Source of the DNA: Octopus sinensis
Lineage: Eukaryota
Length of the DNA stretch: 64,000 nucleotides
Direction of reading: 5' to 3'
NCBI RefSeq assembly: GCF_006345805.1
Contig: NC_043001.1
Span: forward strand, 101,742,001 to 101,806,000
The position numbers were made by a program, and so were the translations under genes. Positions 38,401 to 51,112 of the stretch are shown here, piece by piece. The notes under the pieces were generated by a model. It saw only the letters and a list, made by a program, of their open reading frames with translations, had not been told where the DNA came from and made no database searches. Positions within the stretch are counted from its first letter, which is position 1. The number at the start of each line of letters is the position of its first letter.

Positions 38401-38888
38401 GCAGGCATAACTGTGCAGTTAAGAAGTTTGCCTTGCAATTCCATGGTTTCGTGTTCAAATCTAATGCACGAAAGCTTGAGCAAGAGTCTTCAACTACAGG
38501 TTCTGGTTGAACAATTAGGTCATTGAAAACTGTACAGAATCCCACCACGTGGCACCTTGGGTAAGTGTCTTCTACTATAGCCTCGGGCCGACCAAAGCTT
38601 TGTGAGTGGATTTGGTAGACGGAAACTGAAAGAAGCCCGTCATATATATGTATATATATATATATATATACGTGTGTGTGTTTGTGTGTCTGTGTTTGTT
38701 CCCCCTAGCATTGCTTGACAACAGATGCTGGTGTGTTTATGGTGTGTTTAGCGGTTCAGCAAAAGAGACCGATAGAATAAGTACTGGGCTTGCAAAAGAA
38801 TAAGTCCTGGGGTCGAGTTGCTCGATTAAAGGCAGTGCTCCAGCATGGCCACAGTCAAATGACTGAAACAAGTAAAAGAGTAAAAGAG
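38401..38888 (+). mobile_element. Decayed SINE C head followed by a younger 5'-truncated SINE C
   Basis: cgtggcaccttgggtaagtgtcttc..gactgaaacaagtaaaagagtaaaagag. Confidence 0.88.
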
Positions 38889-38918
38889 ATATCTATGTGC
38901 TTTTGCAATGTGTATATA

Positions 38919-39466
38919 CGAGGGTGGGCTGTTGAAAAGTTCATAGGCTGACTATGAAGGTTGACGCTAGAGTTCAGTTTTAGGGAATGCAAAAAGTCAT
39001 TGTGTTTATTGACGATCTTCAAAAGGGCCACACCATCAACGGAGACTACTATACCAAGTTGCTGTGGCTATCACAAAAGAAAATCAAGATCAAACAGCCA
39101 GGAAAATTGACAAAAGGGGTTTTGATTCATCAGGACATTGCTCTAGCACACAAGTCCTTCATTTAATTGACTGCTGTGCATGACTGTGGCTTTGAACTGG
39201 TTGACCAGCGTCCCTATTCTCCTCATTTGGCCACAACATGAAAAAAAACCCACTTGATTGGGAACCAGTGTCACAGTGCTGCTATTGATGACTTCTTTTG
39301 CGCAACAGGATGAAAGCCTCTTCATCAATGGGATCCAAGCACTGCAACATCGATGGAAGAAGTGTGTGGACTGCAAGGGGGGACTATGTTGGAAAATAAA
39401 CCTCATTTGGTCACATTCCATGAGAGTATCTGAGTCAGCCTGGGAACTTTTCAGCAGGCCCAGGAG
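38919..39466 (+). mobile_element. Internally deleted mariner element with both TIRs
   Basis: TA|CGAGGG..TGAAAAGTTCATAGGCTGAC and GTCAGCCTGGGAACTTTTCAGC..|TA; IDDLQKGHTINGDYY, HQDIALAH, RPYSPHLA, GIQALQHRWKKCV. Confidence 0.9.
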
Positions 39467-39482
39467 TAATTTGTGATGTCTA

Positions 39483-39525
39483 CATCATTATCATCATCAT
39501 CGTCGTAATTTTCATCATCATCATC

Positions 39526-39564
<39 letters not shown>

Positions 39565-39654
39565 CTGTCATCATTATCATCGTCGTCATCATCATCATCA
39601 TCACCACCACCACCACCACTATCATCCTCATCATCATCCCCATCATCATCATTG

Positions 39655-39699
<45 letters not shown>

Positions 39700-39945
39700 C
39701 CGTCATCATCATTGTCATCATCATCATTGTCATCATCATCATCATCATCATCGTTATCATCATCGCTGTCATCATCATCATCATCGTCCTCATCATCATT
39801 ATCACCATCATCATCATCGTCATCGTCATCATCGTCCTCATCATCATTATCACCATCATCATCATCGTCATCGTCATCATCGTCCTCATCATCATTATCA
39901 CCATCATCATCATCGTCATCGTCATCATCATCGTCATCGTCGTCG

Positions 39946-39987
<42 letters not shown>
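39483..39987. repeat. (CAT)n array with ~51-bp higher-order repeat (x3)
   Basis: tcatcgtcctcatcatcattatcaccatc... unit repeated in ~39780-39930. Confidence 0.92.
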
Positions 39988-39988
<1 letters not shown>

Positions 39989-40049
39989 GTATGTGTGTGC
40001 GTGTTCAAGAGCCATCCTCCACAACAGAAGTGAAAAGAATTGGCCTGCA

Positions 40050-40292
40050 ATAGTCTTGTGCCAGTGCCACATAAAGAGCGCTCGTGCCAGTGCCATTTGA
40101 AGGCGTTCATGTTGGTGCCATGTTAAACGCACTCAGCATACACAGTAAAGTGGCTGGCATTAGGAACAACATCAAGCCGTAGAAACCAAGCCAGATCAGA
40201 AGGGAACCTTGCCAGCACTGGTCAAACTGTCCAACCCATGCCAGTACGGAAAATGAGCATTAAAGGATGATGATGATGATGATGATGATGAC

Positions 40293-40347
<55 letters not shown>

Positions 40348-40368
40348 GTGGTGATGATGATGATGATG
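40050..40368 (+). mobile_element. RTE 3'UTR copy with ~100-bp (GAT)n tail
   Basis: ccaacccatgccagtacggaaaatgagcattaaaggatgatgat... Confidence 0.85.
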
Positions 40369-40719
40369 TATATATATGTGTGTGTTTCAGAAAAGTTATG
40401 TTAATGTATCTTGTCTTTTGAAAATTCATATTTATTGCAACTGAAGATAGCTCTGTATTTAAATCCATGCAATGCTGTATTTTACAATTAAATGGAGCCA
40501 CTTGAAGCAGTTGTATAGCAATAATACTTGACATCCTGTAACTTATTTTAATTTCATATGTATACACACACACATATATATATATATGTATATATGCATA
40601 TATATACATATATATACATATATATATGTGCACTCTTCTATCTCTACTATCTCTTCTCTGTCTATCTCTCTTCCTCTCTTGTTCTTCATCCTTTCTGGCT
40701 TTTTCTCCCACCCTTCCCT

Positions 40720-42105
40720 ATTCTTGGAATCTGGTTAGGTTCAGATCTCCAGATAGAGAAGAATTGGAGCGAGGTGGCGAGAAAGGTGGCTCTCCTAACT
40801 CAGACCTGGTCTGAGCGGAAGCTGTCCTTGAAAGGGAGGGCGGAGGTTGTAGAGGTGTTTATCGCCTCTGTAATCACTTACCGCCTGACCGTCGTGCCTT
40901 GCCCCGATTCGTGGCTGAACAAGCTGGAACGCATGCTCTTTCGCTTTTTGTGGAGGGGCAGCAGACCTCTTGTGAGGCGCTCTATTTGCTGCCAAAAGCC
41001 GCTGAAGGGTGGGTTAGGGATGTCGTGGCTAAAAATGCGCAGACATGCGCTAAGGCTTAGGCACCTCTGGCTTTACCTGGACGGTGAGCAGGTGTAGTCT
41101 CCATTCGTCAAGCTGTTATTTCCTCAGTTCACATCGTTTACCAAATTGAACCCATGGATCAAGCGTAGACCGAGATTGGGCGTGTGGCATGTAGAGTGCC
41201 ATCAAGCACTCGTGCTCCTCTCCCAGTCGGGCAACGCCGGTGGTGGGGGTACTACCTCATTCTTCTATAGAGGGTTAGTAGAGTTTAAGTGTGACGACGT
41301 CCTGGGAGAAACCCTAGGCTTCGACGAAAATCAACTGGCCAGCCTGTTCCAAAGAACATTCGGTCCGGGGCCTATGGATAATTACCAAAATTCCCTGGCC
41401 TGGCAATGTTACAGAGGGGCTTTACCGGTTCGAGATAAGCTCTTTAGACATAGGTGTGCACCTTCGTCGGTTTGTGCAAGATGTGAGAGGGACAGTGAAA
41501 CTGTCCTGCACGCGATTGTGCAATGCCCCAAGGTGACTGAACTCTGGGCTTATGTCGAACACCTGCTGTCGCATTCGAGAAGAGTACAACTGTCGAGCGA
41601 ATCTGTAATTAAGATCGTTCTGCCGACCTCCCTGAATAGGGAGGATCGAGCCTGTTTTCTCTCGGTAGTTGCTATGGCGAAAGAAGTAGTATGGAAGACG
41701 AGAGTGAAAGGAATTGCAACAGGCATGTTCATTTCCAGTCTCGAGCTAATCGACTTTTTCGTTTTCCACATGAAACGGAAAATAAGGCTGGAGAAGAAAT
41801 GCCTGTCGCAAAGTGTGTTTCGTAAAAGATGGAAGTCTATAGCAAGTATGTTGCGAGTGAAAGAACCTGTTTAAACGAGAATGTAAAAAAGGAGAAAGCA
41901 AAGTCTTCAGTGTCAGTATGTGGTTTGTGGGGTCAACCGCGTCCTTCGCGTCATTTTTGGTTAATCACTCATTCTCATTTAATTATGTATATTTTGATTG
42001 TTTGTTTATTCATACATTTCGTCTCATTCGATACCCTGACCCCAACGTTTGTTTTGTCTGTCCCCGTATTGTCCCCTCTTTTTCTCAACCTTATGGTGAA
42101 TAAAG

Positions 42106-42110
<5 letters not shown>
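40720..42110 (+). mobile_element. Tx1/L1-clade LINE 3' portion (RT thumb, zf-RVT zinc knuckle, 3'UTR, AATAAA) abutting (CT)n
   Basis: ILGIW..WSERKLSLKGR..FLW..KGGLG and CARC..SETVLHAIVQC in one frame with a single TAG at 41095-41097; aataaa at 42099-42104; (CT)n at 42111-42173. Confidence 0.93.
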
Positions 42111-42176
<66 letters not shown>

Positions 42177-42679
42177 GTGACTTGTTTAAAAGATATGCTA
42201 GGAGGAATGGTCATTCATAATAGTTTGTATCCCCTTCTCTCTCTCTCAGTGATTCGACAAATTCATTGTGGCATGTCATGCTTTGAAAAGACCGAATGAC
42301 ACCCCTCTCTGTCTATTTGTTAGTGTAGAATTGTTGCTAACCTGGTTCCACTTTTGACCCGTAAAATTTCTGACCGGAACAAGAGCAGTGCCATAATTCT
42401 TGAGTTAGCCAGCTGAAATGTTGGAAAAGCGTGGCGGTAAGTTTGAATATTTTTATCCAAAACATCTGTTTGCACTATTACATTTTTGGAGTGTTTTGAA
42501 AACAAAAATATAATCTATATTATATTTCTTATTTCAGAAATAGCTAATTAATTTAACTAAGGTTATTTTTCTGTATTGTTGAAATTGACTTACAATTTAC
42601 GCAGACGCTTACACGTGTGTTCTTATATAAGAGCAGCCTTTTTTCTAAATGAGTGAAATGTGTGTTATAAACGATATTT

Positions 42680-43545
42680 TCATAAATAGTTTTTCGAAAA
42701 GAGACTTCGATGGAAAATAATTAATTATAAATGGTGGGAGAGCAACACCGAATTTACCTAATTTGCGAAGCTACCGCAAGAAATTCACGAGACAATTTCA
42801 GGTTAATTTGTATGAAAAGAAAAAAATGGTTAACTGGAAGTGTTGCTCTTAATAAATTATTCTGTTGGCCTTGTTTACTTTTTGGCTAAGAAAAGAATGT
42901 TTGGAATGATAAAGGCTATGATGATTTAAATAATTTACATATGGTTATGCTAAAGCACGAGCATTCTCAAAGGCATATAAAATCTTTGATAGATCTTAAA
43001 ATATTCGGGGATGTTCACATAGACTTTACAATTAGATGCATGTAAAAATCAAAGCATACAACATCATAATGAGAAAGTTAGACGAAACAGATGCATTCTG
43101 CAACGATTGATCAATGTTGTTATTATTTTAGGCCTCCAGGAATTACCGTTTCGGGGTCATTTTGAATCTGAAGGCTCTAATAATCGTGAAAATTATAAAG
43201 AACTCGTATATTTAATCAGTAAATAGGACAAAAAAATGGAAAGTCATCTAGATACAGCTTCTATCTTCACCGGTCTGTCAAACAGAATTCAAAATGACTT
43301 GATCGATGCAATTCATAAAGTTGTGTTGAATGAGATGCAAAAGGAAATCGAGCAAGCTAAGTTTGTTTCTCTTCTTGTCAACAGTTTTACGTTATGTTAC
43401 AGAAGACTGTGTGACGAAAGAACGATTTATCGGTTTTAGGGATGTTAATGCAGATTTAAAAAAAAAACAAGTGTAAGTCATTTAATGAGTTACATTTACA
43501 GCAGTGATCTTGTTGAAGCTATGCCAGAACTCTTCAATCTGTGCA
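42680..43545 (+). mobile_element. hAT (ZMYM1-like/DUF4371-type) transposase remnant
   Basis: WLTGS..LFCWPCLLF, KHEHSQRH, LGLQELPFRGH, NYKEL, SNRIQNDLI with frameshifts and stops. Confidence 0.88.
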
Positions 43546-44069
43546 AGTTGGTATGCATGTATGTATGTATGAATGAATGAATGAATGTATGAATGTATGT
43601 ATGTATGTATGCTTGCATGTATGTATGTATGCTTGCATGCATGTATGCATGTATGAGTGTATGCTTGCATGTATGTGTGTATGCTTGCATACATGCATGC
43701 ATGTATGTATGTATATATGTATTGCAAAATAAAAACAATGCCCTTCAAAATGTATTTATAATTCAAGTCAATGGTTACTACTTTTCTCTAACATTTAAAT
43801 ATTTCAGTGCTAGGACCCTTTTTCCAGTAAATTTATGGGGGAAAGTTGTTAATAGCTGAATTCTCTGTTCTGTAGTGTGTAAATTTCCTGAAAAAGAGTC
43901 TTAAGCCTGAAATATCGAAATACCAGGAAATTGTACAAACCATTGACTTGTATTTTCAATCGTTGATAATTTGCCTTGTTTTGACTTTAAAGAAATTATT
44001 TGAAACATATTTATCAGACAGTGGCTTAACATGTGTGTATGTATGTATGTACATGGTGTGGCCATTTTG

Positions 44070-44722
44070 TTCAAATGGCAGATGAACGCATGCCAAAACA
44101 ATTGTTTTATGGGGAGTTTGCAGAGGGGAAACATTATTGATGTAAACTTAAAAAAAGGTTTAAGGACGGCATAAGGACTACTATGAAGTCACTTGGAATG
44201 GTTCCAGATGATATAGAAACCGTTGCTTTGGATCGAGTTGGATGGCAAACAAAGGTGTGGAGTGGAGTGAAAGCATTTGAAGAGGCCAGGATAACACAAG
44301 TAAGACTCAAAAGAGATCTAAGGAAGAATGTGACGATCGAGACAGTGAATGACAATGACTTTTTTGTGTGCACAGTCTGTGACAGACCATGCCTGTCTTT
44401 TGCTGGCTTCAAATCTCATCTGCAAACGCATGGAAAACGAACTTCCACCAACTATTCTAACTATATGTCTGTGCACACCTTTGAATGCAGTGTATGCCAG
44501 AAGGTTTGCAAATCCAACGGAGGTCTCAAAAGACATTTTAAGTTCCACAAAGAACAGAACTTATCTGCAGCTATTGGTCATCCAAATCAGAGGTGCAATC
44601 TATGTCGTTGTCTTTTCAGAACATTGTCTGGTTTAAAAATCCCCATCAGACGCCATGATGGTGCTAACGTGTAGGTACAGGAGGTGGTGAAACTCTGCCT
44701 AAGGAGTATACAACCACCACAT
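44070..44722 (+). mobile_element. RTE/BovB-like LINE 3' end with three C-terminal C2H2-type zinc fingers
   Basis: RMPKQLFYGE..KRFKD..ALDRVGW..GVKAFEEAR; CTVC..H..H, CSVC..H..H, CNLC..(P)..H. Confidence 0.85.
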
Positions 44723-45264
44723 ACGTATGTCCATTCATATGCATGTATGTATTGGGGTTGGGGCAGGAGTATTTGTTTATGTCTCTCTTGACTTTGCCAC
44801 CGCTTGGGTAGTAGTGATGTATTCTTATGGCCAACCTAAACAACACAACCAGCAACTCAAAGATTCTCATGTGCAAAAACTAATGGAATACGGTGCCACA
44901 TTTGATAACAAAGCTTGACACAATGACATGACCAGGTTTTAAAGGGAGAGAGAAAGAGAGAGAGAGAGTGAGAGAGTAACTAAATATAAAATGTTGCTAT
45001 GTCGCAAATAGTTTTTAACTCATTGTGCATTTTCATTTTGTGTTAAGAATGACAAAAATAAAACAGCACAAGGAAAATGCAGTTTTAAAAGAAGCACAGA
45101 ATTGTTATCTTGTATTTAAAACCAAAACAATGGAAATAGTTTTTGTGTGTAAGCTCATAAATTTCAAAACTTAATAAAAAAAAGAAGCAGAAACTGTTAA
45201 TTATTTTTATTTCAAGCATAAAATGAAAACAAAACGAAGCAATATGAAAAATATACGAAGGCAC

Positions 45265-45400
45265 AAACAATAGTCTCTTTTCTCTAGAATTTATTCCATC
45301 AAAGTTATTTATTACTTCATTATAATTTACTTTCGTAACCAAGTCTCTTTCAATGAAAAGCAAAACTAACTTGGAACAATCCATCATTTCTCATTATAGA
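45265..45400 (-). mobile_element. hAT dimerisation-domain remnant
   Basis: SKLVLLFIERDLVTKVNYNEVINNF. Confidence 0.55.
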
Positions 45401-45639
45401 ACAAAACTAGGATTTTATGTATTTTAGTCAATCTTTCAGCATCTGTGCCAGTTATTGGAAAGGTCAAAGAAGCAGGATACAATATGGGCAGGTTAGGATA
45501 AAGGATGGTCAGTTTTTCCATTCTTATGTTGCTTCTCTGTTCATATTCATTATTTGCATGTATTTGTAAGAAGTGGATATGTTTAAGCTAATAGCTTTAA
45601 TATATGGAAATATATCAATTAATATTAGATCTAATGTGT

Positions 45640-46545
45640 GTATTAGAATTTAAAAAGATAAGCTGAAAGAGTTCGTTTTGCAATGAATAATGCATATGCT
45701 TCGTTTGCAAACCAAATTTCTAAACAGGTTGTGTGTTCCAATGGGTGGGGAATTGCGTTCATTCACTTGCAGATTTTCATTTATCATGGAGCAAGTTTTG
45801 TTTTCGGAAAGATTTATTCAAAAGGCAGAAGTTTGGTTTCACTGGTGCAACTTCATGGATGTTGTAAACACTTTGATTGCATAGTCATTCCTTATTCTGG
45901 CATTTTTTGTGAGTATATTATACAAAATATATCCTTGGGATTTCAAAACCAAAAGAAATGGCAATGTGCTTAGTAAATTTAATTATCTTGACATTACGAT
46001 TGAAGTACGTAGTCCGTTCTTGCTCACTAATCAATATAATAAAACTGAGGAATTCAGATTTAAGGTAACCGTTTTTCCGTGTGTTGTAAGCTGTTTACCT
46101 CAAGAAGTGTCTTACCTTGTGTTCACGGCTCAGATTATAAGATTTGGGAAAATAATTAACAAACATGATTAAGCAAGTAAAAATTGGATTACGCAAATGA
46201 TACACAGAGTTTTAATACTAAAAGATTTATTAAGAAATTTAAATCTATTCTTGATGCACGCAGTAATATTTTCAATAAATACAGAATGATTTGGAGTTTA
46301 CAGCTGGCAGCTAAATCAAAAGATTAAAATGATTGAGTGATAGGTTCATCATAATAAAATACAAATGGAATGAAAGCACAAGGTTTCTTAATGCTAGGAA
46401 TTTGATTAAAGCAAATGGTTACACCAGAATATATTTAGTATTAAAAGATTAATTAAGAAACTTAAGCATATTTGGGATGTACACGACAATATTTTTGATT
46501 GAGTAAAGAGTAATTTTAATTGACAACTCCAAGCTAATTTAAAAT
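45640..46545 (+). mobile_element. Decayed Penelope-like element reverse transcriptase, thumb end tandemly duplicated
   Basis: KQVVCVPMGGNCVHSLAD (RT motif B'), NYLDITI, YNKTEEFRFKVTVFP..S.LP...Y.VFTAQIIRF; 46181-46320 is similar to 46399-46543. Confidence 0.8.
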
Positions 46546-46879
46546 TCTATCATAAAATAAGTTGTTAGTAATGCAGGCAATTATGGAATTGCAGAGGAAT
46601 GTCTTGACCGTTAAATGGTTATGCTTAGACTGCATAGAGTCTAAGAGAAAGAACAACCTGGAATGGTCAATGTGTATTTTGTCCAAACACTGCTCATTGG
46701 ATGATTACTTCCATTTCTGCCCTATTTAGGTTGACTCCAACCTTTTTTAGCCAGAATTCATGAAGGAGACAAATGGCCAGAACATCTTCCTCCCAGTGGA
46801 AATGGTAACTTTTGAGGATATTACTAAGTTATTTCTTTTACAATTCAGTTTCATGTTTAATTTATTCGTATCTGATTTA

Positions 46880-47200
46880 GGTGTGAAGTCACATGGCTTC
46901 ATGCTTAGGGTATTCAACACACATTCGTGGAGTTGCGAGTTCAGTTCCTGGCAGTGTGTTCTGTCCTTGAGCAAGACACTTTACATTACCTTGCTTCGGT
47001 GCATTCAGCTGATGAAAATGTACTTGTAATTCACAAGGGGCCAGCTTTCTCACATTTTGTGTCATTCTGAATCTCCCTCAGAACTACGTTAAGGGTATGT
47101 GTGTCTGTAGAGTGCTCAACCACTTATTAATTTCGTGAGCAGTGTTTCCTCCTGATTGGATCCCCTGGAACCCTCATCCCCATAACCGACACACAATACC
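46880..47200 (+). mobile_element. tRNA-head SINE family D
   Basis: gtgaag..catggctt..gagttcagttcc..gtccttgagcaagacact..actacgttaaggg. Confidence 0.82.
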
Positions 47201-48049
47201 ACTTATCTGATTTAGACTGTATGCATATTCGGAGATTAAGTGTTCATTGTTAATTAGTTATTTGTTGGTCGTTACTTGGTTCTGACTCTGTCCATGGAAT
47301 GTGGCAGTGTTCATTGTTGATTGGGTTATTTTCTATTTTTCATATTTATGCTTTAGCTTATTCTTTTTAAGCATTACTTATTGTTAATCAAATTGTTGAT
47401 TGACTTGGGTAATTATTGATTTTGTAATTTATTTAATTGAATTTTGTGTTACTATGTAATTGGGTTTTTGGTGATTAAGTTTGTAATTAAGATCTGGTTC
47501 TATACTATTCTGTTTGCATATTCCTTGCCAAAGTTAGATTATGTTTTGAAGGCTGTTTGGGCTTCAACAGAAGCAGCAATCTTGCTTAGAGATGTTGAAA
47601 TCAGATTGATATCTGGTTACTGAAGAAGGAATTCCCAGGGCTCAGTGGCTCAGGCATTTGGCTTATAATGTTTTACAAACTCCTCACAGCTGAGTCACCT
47701 CAACATGTTAAAGTCATCAGAGAAAATATTGTTTATGCTTGAAAATTGTGTGTAAATTGGAAAGAATTCGGTAAAAGCAATGAGTTGGTGAGGAAGCGGC
47801 TTTGGTGGGAAGAGGTGAACAAGTTGATTCTAGGAAATTAGAAGATACATTTTGGCAAGGTACTGTAAGTCTCTGCTGCAAGTTGGGAGTTGAAAGACTT
47901 TGCAAGCCATGCAAAGCAAGAATCTACCATTTTCTTTTCTTAGCAGCTTTGAATAGAAAAATAAATAAGTAAACCACACAAATAAATAAATAAATAAATA
48001 CTGCTACATGTTGCATCTATTTGCTCTCTAGTTTGGGCATCTAAAGCCA

Positions 48050-48298
48050 AGTGTGTATGTGATTGTGTGTGTGTGTGTGTACGTGTGCATGTGTAGGTGT
48101 GTGCATGTGCATGTGTGTGTATGTGTGTGCTTGCAGTTGTATACATGCATGCTTATATATGTATATAAATATATATGTATATATATGTATATATGTATAT
48201 AAATATATATATATACACACACATATTTATATGTTTGTATATAAACATTATACACATATATATATACATATATATAAACACATGCATATATATGTGTG

Positions 48299-48344
<46 letters not shown>

Positions 48345-48496
48345 ATATATATATAATATATATATATATACATATATATGTGTGTATGTATACATATGTA
48401 TACATATATATGTGTGTGTATGTATACATATATATGTGTGTGTATGTATACATATATATGTGTGTGTATGTATACATATGTATACATATACATATG

Positions 48497-48553
<57 letters not shown>

Positions 48554-48645
48554 CATACACATATATACAGACTTATACGCGTATGTATGTGTGTGTGTTG
48601 GAACATATACAGTAACACAAAGGCTTACACACACACACACACACG
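48050..48645. repeat. (AT)n/(GT)n compound microsatellite with 24-bp higher-order units
   Basis: Seen directly. Confidence 0.95.
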
Positions 48646-49263
48646 TGTTGCTTATTTATAAGCATCAGTAAATGCGCCTATACACACAAGTTTAGACCTG
48701 TATACATTCTCTGGCTGCATAACTGAAACAAACCCACCAAGTAACAAGTGGGAAGGATATCTCATCCACTACATTATTCTTCCTTTCATAAGAAAAAATT
48801 AGGTGTGTCCCCTGCCTCCATTTTCTAAATTCTTACCAGACTTTTACATAATTCTTCACTCTTTTTCTTTGTGTTTCTATTTTGCAATTTCCAAAGGGCC
48901 AATCACTATTCACTGCATTTTTTCATGACTCAGTGACAAGGGAGCATCATTCATTTTCCAGTTTCTTCTTAATACTTATATTATGCATTAAATTTTCTTT
49001 GCGAAAGTCAGATACATACTGATATATATATATATATATATAGATTCAAATGAATATGGTACATATATATAAATATATATATATAGAGAGAGAGAGCGAG
49101 AGAGAGAGAATATGAATTGGAGATAAAACCACTATTATGCAACTCAAACAGTGATAGACATAAACCAATACATTTATACTGTGAAATTTGATTGAATACT
49201 AAATTGAATTTTTCCCTGTAAGTTTGGAGCTATACTCCCTAATATCATTATTATTATTATTAT

Positions 49264-49304
<41 letters not shown>

Positions 49305-49314
49305 CACACATAGA

Positions 49315-49531
49315 CGAGGGGGTGCTGGAAAGTTTCTGGCTTTAAGAGTATCATGAAAGGCCTGGTTGGAGTCCCAACCGTTCGCGTTCTTTTACAGGGC
49401 TTATAAAAACTGAAGGACTGCTGTGATAAGTGTGTGAATCTGAGAGGAGAATGTGTTCAATAAAATCATAATAAACTGATCTACCTGCATTTTCTTTTCC
49501 TAAAAGACAGGAATTTTTCCATACCCCCACA
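49315..49531 (+). mobile_element. Mariner-derived MITE
   Basis: TIRs cgagggggtgctggaaagtttctggcttt / aaagacaggaatttttccatacccccaca; internal KCVNLRGECVQ* transposase tail. Confidence 0.78.
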
Positions 49532-49640
49532 TATATGCATTCATATATTTATACATATATACATGCATACATACATATATACATATATCATCATCATCAT
49601 GGATTAATGTCTGTTTTCCATGCTAGCATGGGTTGGACGG

Positions 49641-49683
<43 letters not shown>

Positions 49684-49825
49684 TATATGAAAGAATGGAG
49701 TTGAACGACTAGTTAACAAATATCCTTTATTCTTGACATATGTTTCGAAGGCTGCATATTCCTAATTCCGAAGGTATCAGTTATCTTTCGAATCATCCTT
49801 AATAAGATAATTCATTCAACTACTC

Positions 49826-49862
49826 ATATATATATATATATGTATGTATATATATATGTATG

Positions 49863-49901
<39 letters not shown>

Positions 49902-50200
49902 GTACGTATATGTATATGTATGTATATATATATGTATGTATATATATATATGTATGTATATATAGTATATATATATATATATGTATATATATGTATGTAT
50001 ATGTATATATGTATATATATATATGTGTATATATATATATATATGTATATATATATGTATATATATATGTATGTATATATATATATGTATATATATATGT
50101 ATATATATATGTATGTATATATATATATGTATATATATATGTATGTATATATGTATGTATATATATATGTATATATATATGTATATATATATATATATAT
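49826..50200. repeat. (AT)n/(ATGT)n microsatellite
   Basis: Seen directly. Confidence 0.97.
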
Positions 50201-50368
50201 ACATCTGCGCACCCTGCTGCCTGACCCGTTAAAATCCTCAACCCACCCACCACCCGTTTTCAACATACATTGATAAACAGTTTGGCCATGGGCTCTTAGG
50301 AGCCCCGTTCGATTTGTTTTACTCCACCTCTGCTCTGTTTTTGTTTATTCCAACGGATTTCCTATTTC

Positions 50369-50457
50369 TTCCCGAAGAGAAAGACTCAATATGGTCTCAT
50401 TATTCAATCGGAATTTGGTAAATTGTGCCTTTCGAAACACGTGTAGAATGCAATAAA
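50369..50457 (+). ncRNA. Candidate minimal type-I hammerhead ribozyme followed by AATAAA (Penelope pseudo-LTR-like)
   Basis: ttc-CCGAAGA-gaaag...ctttc-GAAAC-acgt-GTA-gaa..AATAAA; palindromic acacgtgt stem III; U4C variant; stem I is only 3 bp. Confidence 0.5.
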
Positions 50458-50532
50458 ACGATTTCTGTTCAATCTTCGTTCAACTCCATTTCTTCAATTC
50501 ACTAATAATATATATATATGTATATATATATA

Positions 50533-50574
<42 letters not shown>

Positions 50575-50640
50575 ATTAATATGTATGTATATATATATAT
50601 ATATATGTATATATAGTATATATATGTATATATATATATG

Positions 50641-50743
<103 letters not shown>

Positions 50744-51112
50744 GTCTGGGGAGAGTCATTCTCTTTTGGTATCTTATAATTTAACACACTAACCAGTAAA
50801 ATTTCCACATTTCTTTTTTATTTTTCTAATATGCAGAATACATATATACAAATGTACACACATACATAAATATATACATATGCATACACACACACATGCA
50901 TACATACATGCATGTATAGGCACATGCACACACACATACACTGATCCACACACATGCGCACAAACAAAAAGGAATGCAGTGTGAGTAATGGACAGAGTCA
51001 AAACTATTGAAAAGGTTGCAATGAAAATTTTAGAAAAATAAAAACGAAATAAGTGGAAATTTTACTCGTGAGTGTGTTAAATTAAAAGGCACCAAAAGAG
51101 AATGACTCTCCC

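Noticed and set aside
44349-44660. Host C2H2 zinc-finger gene
   Set aside because: In frame with RTE C-terminal motifs; no TGEKP linkers or splice context.
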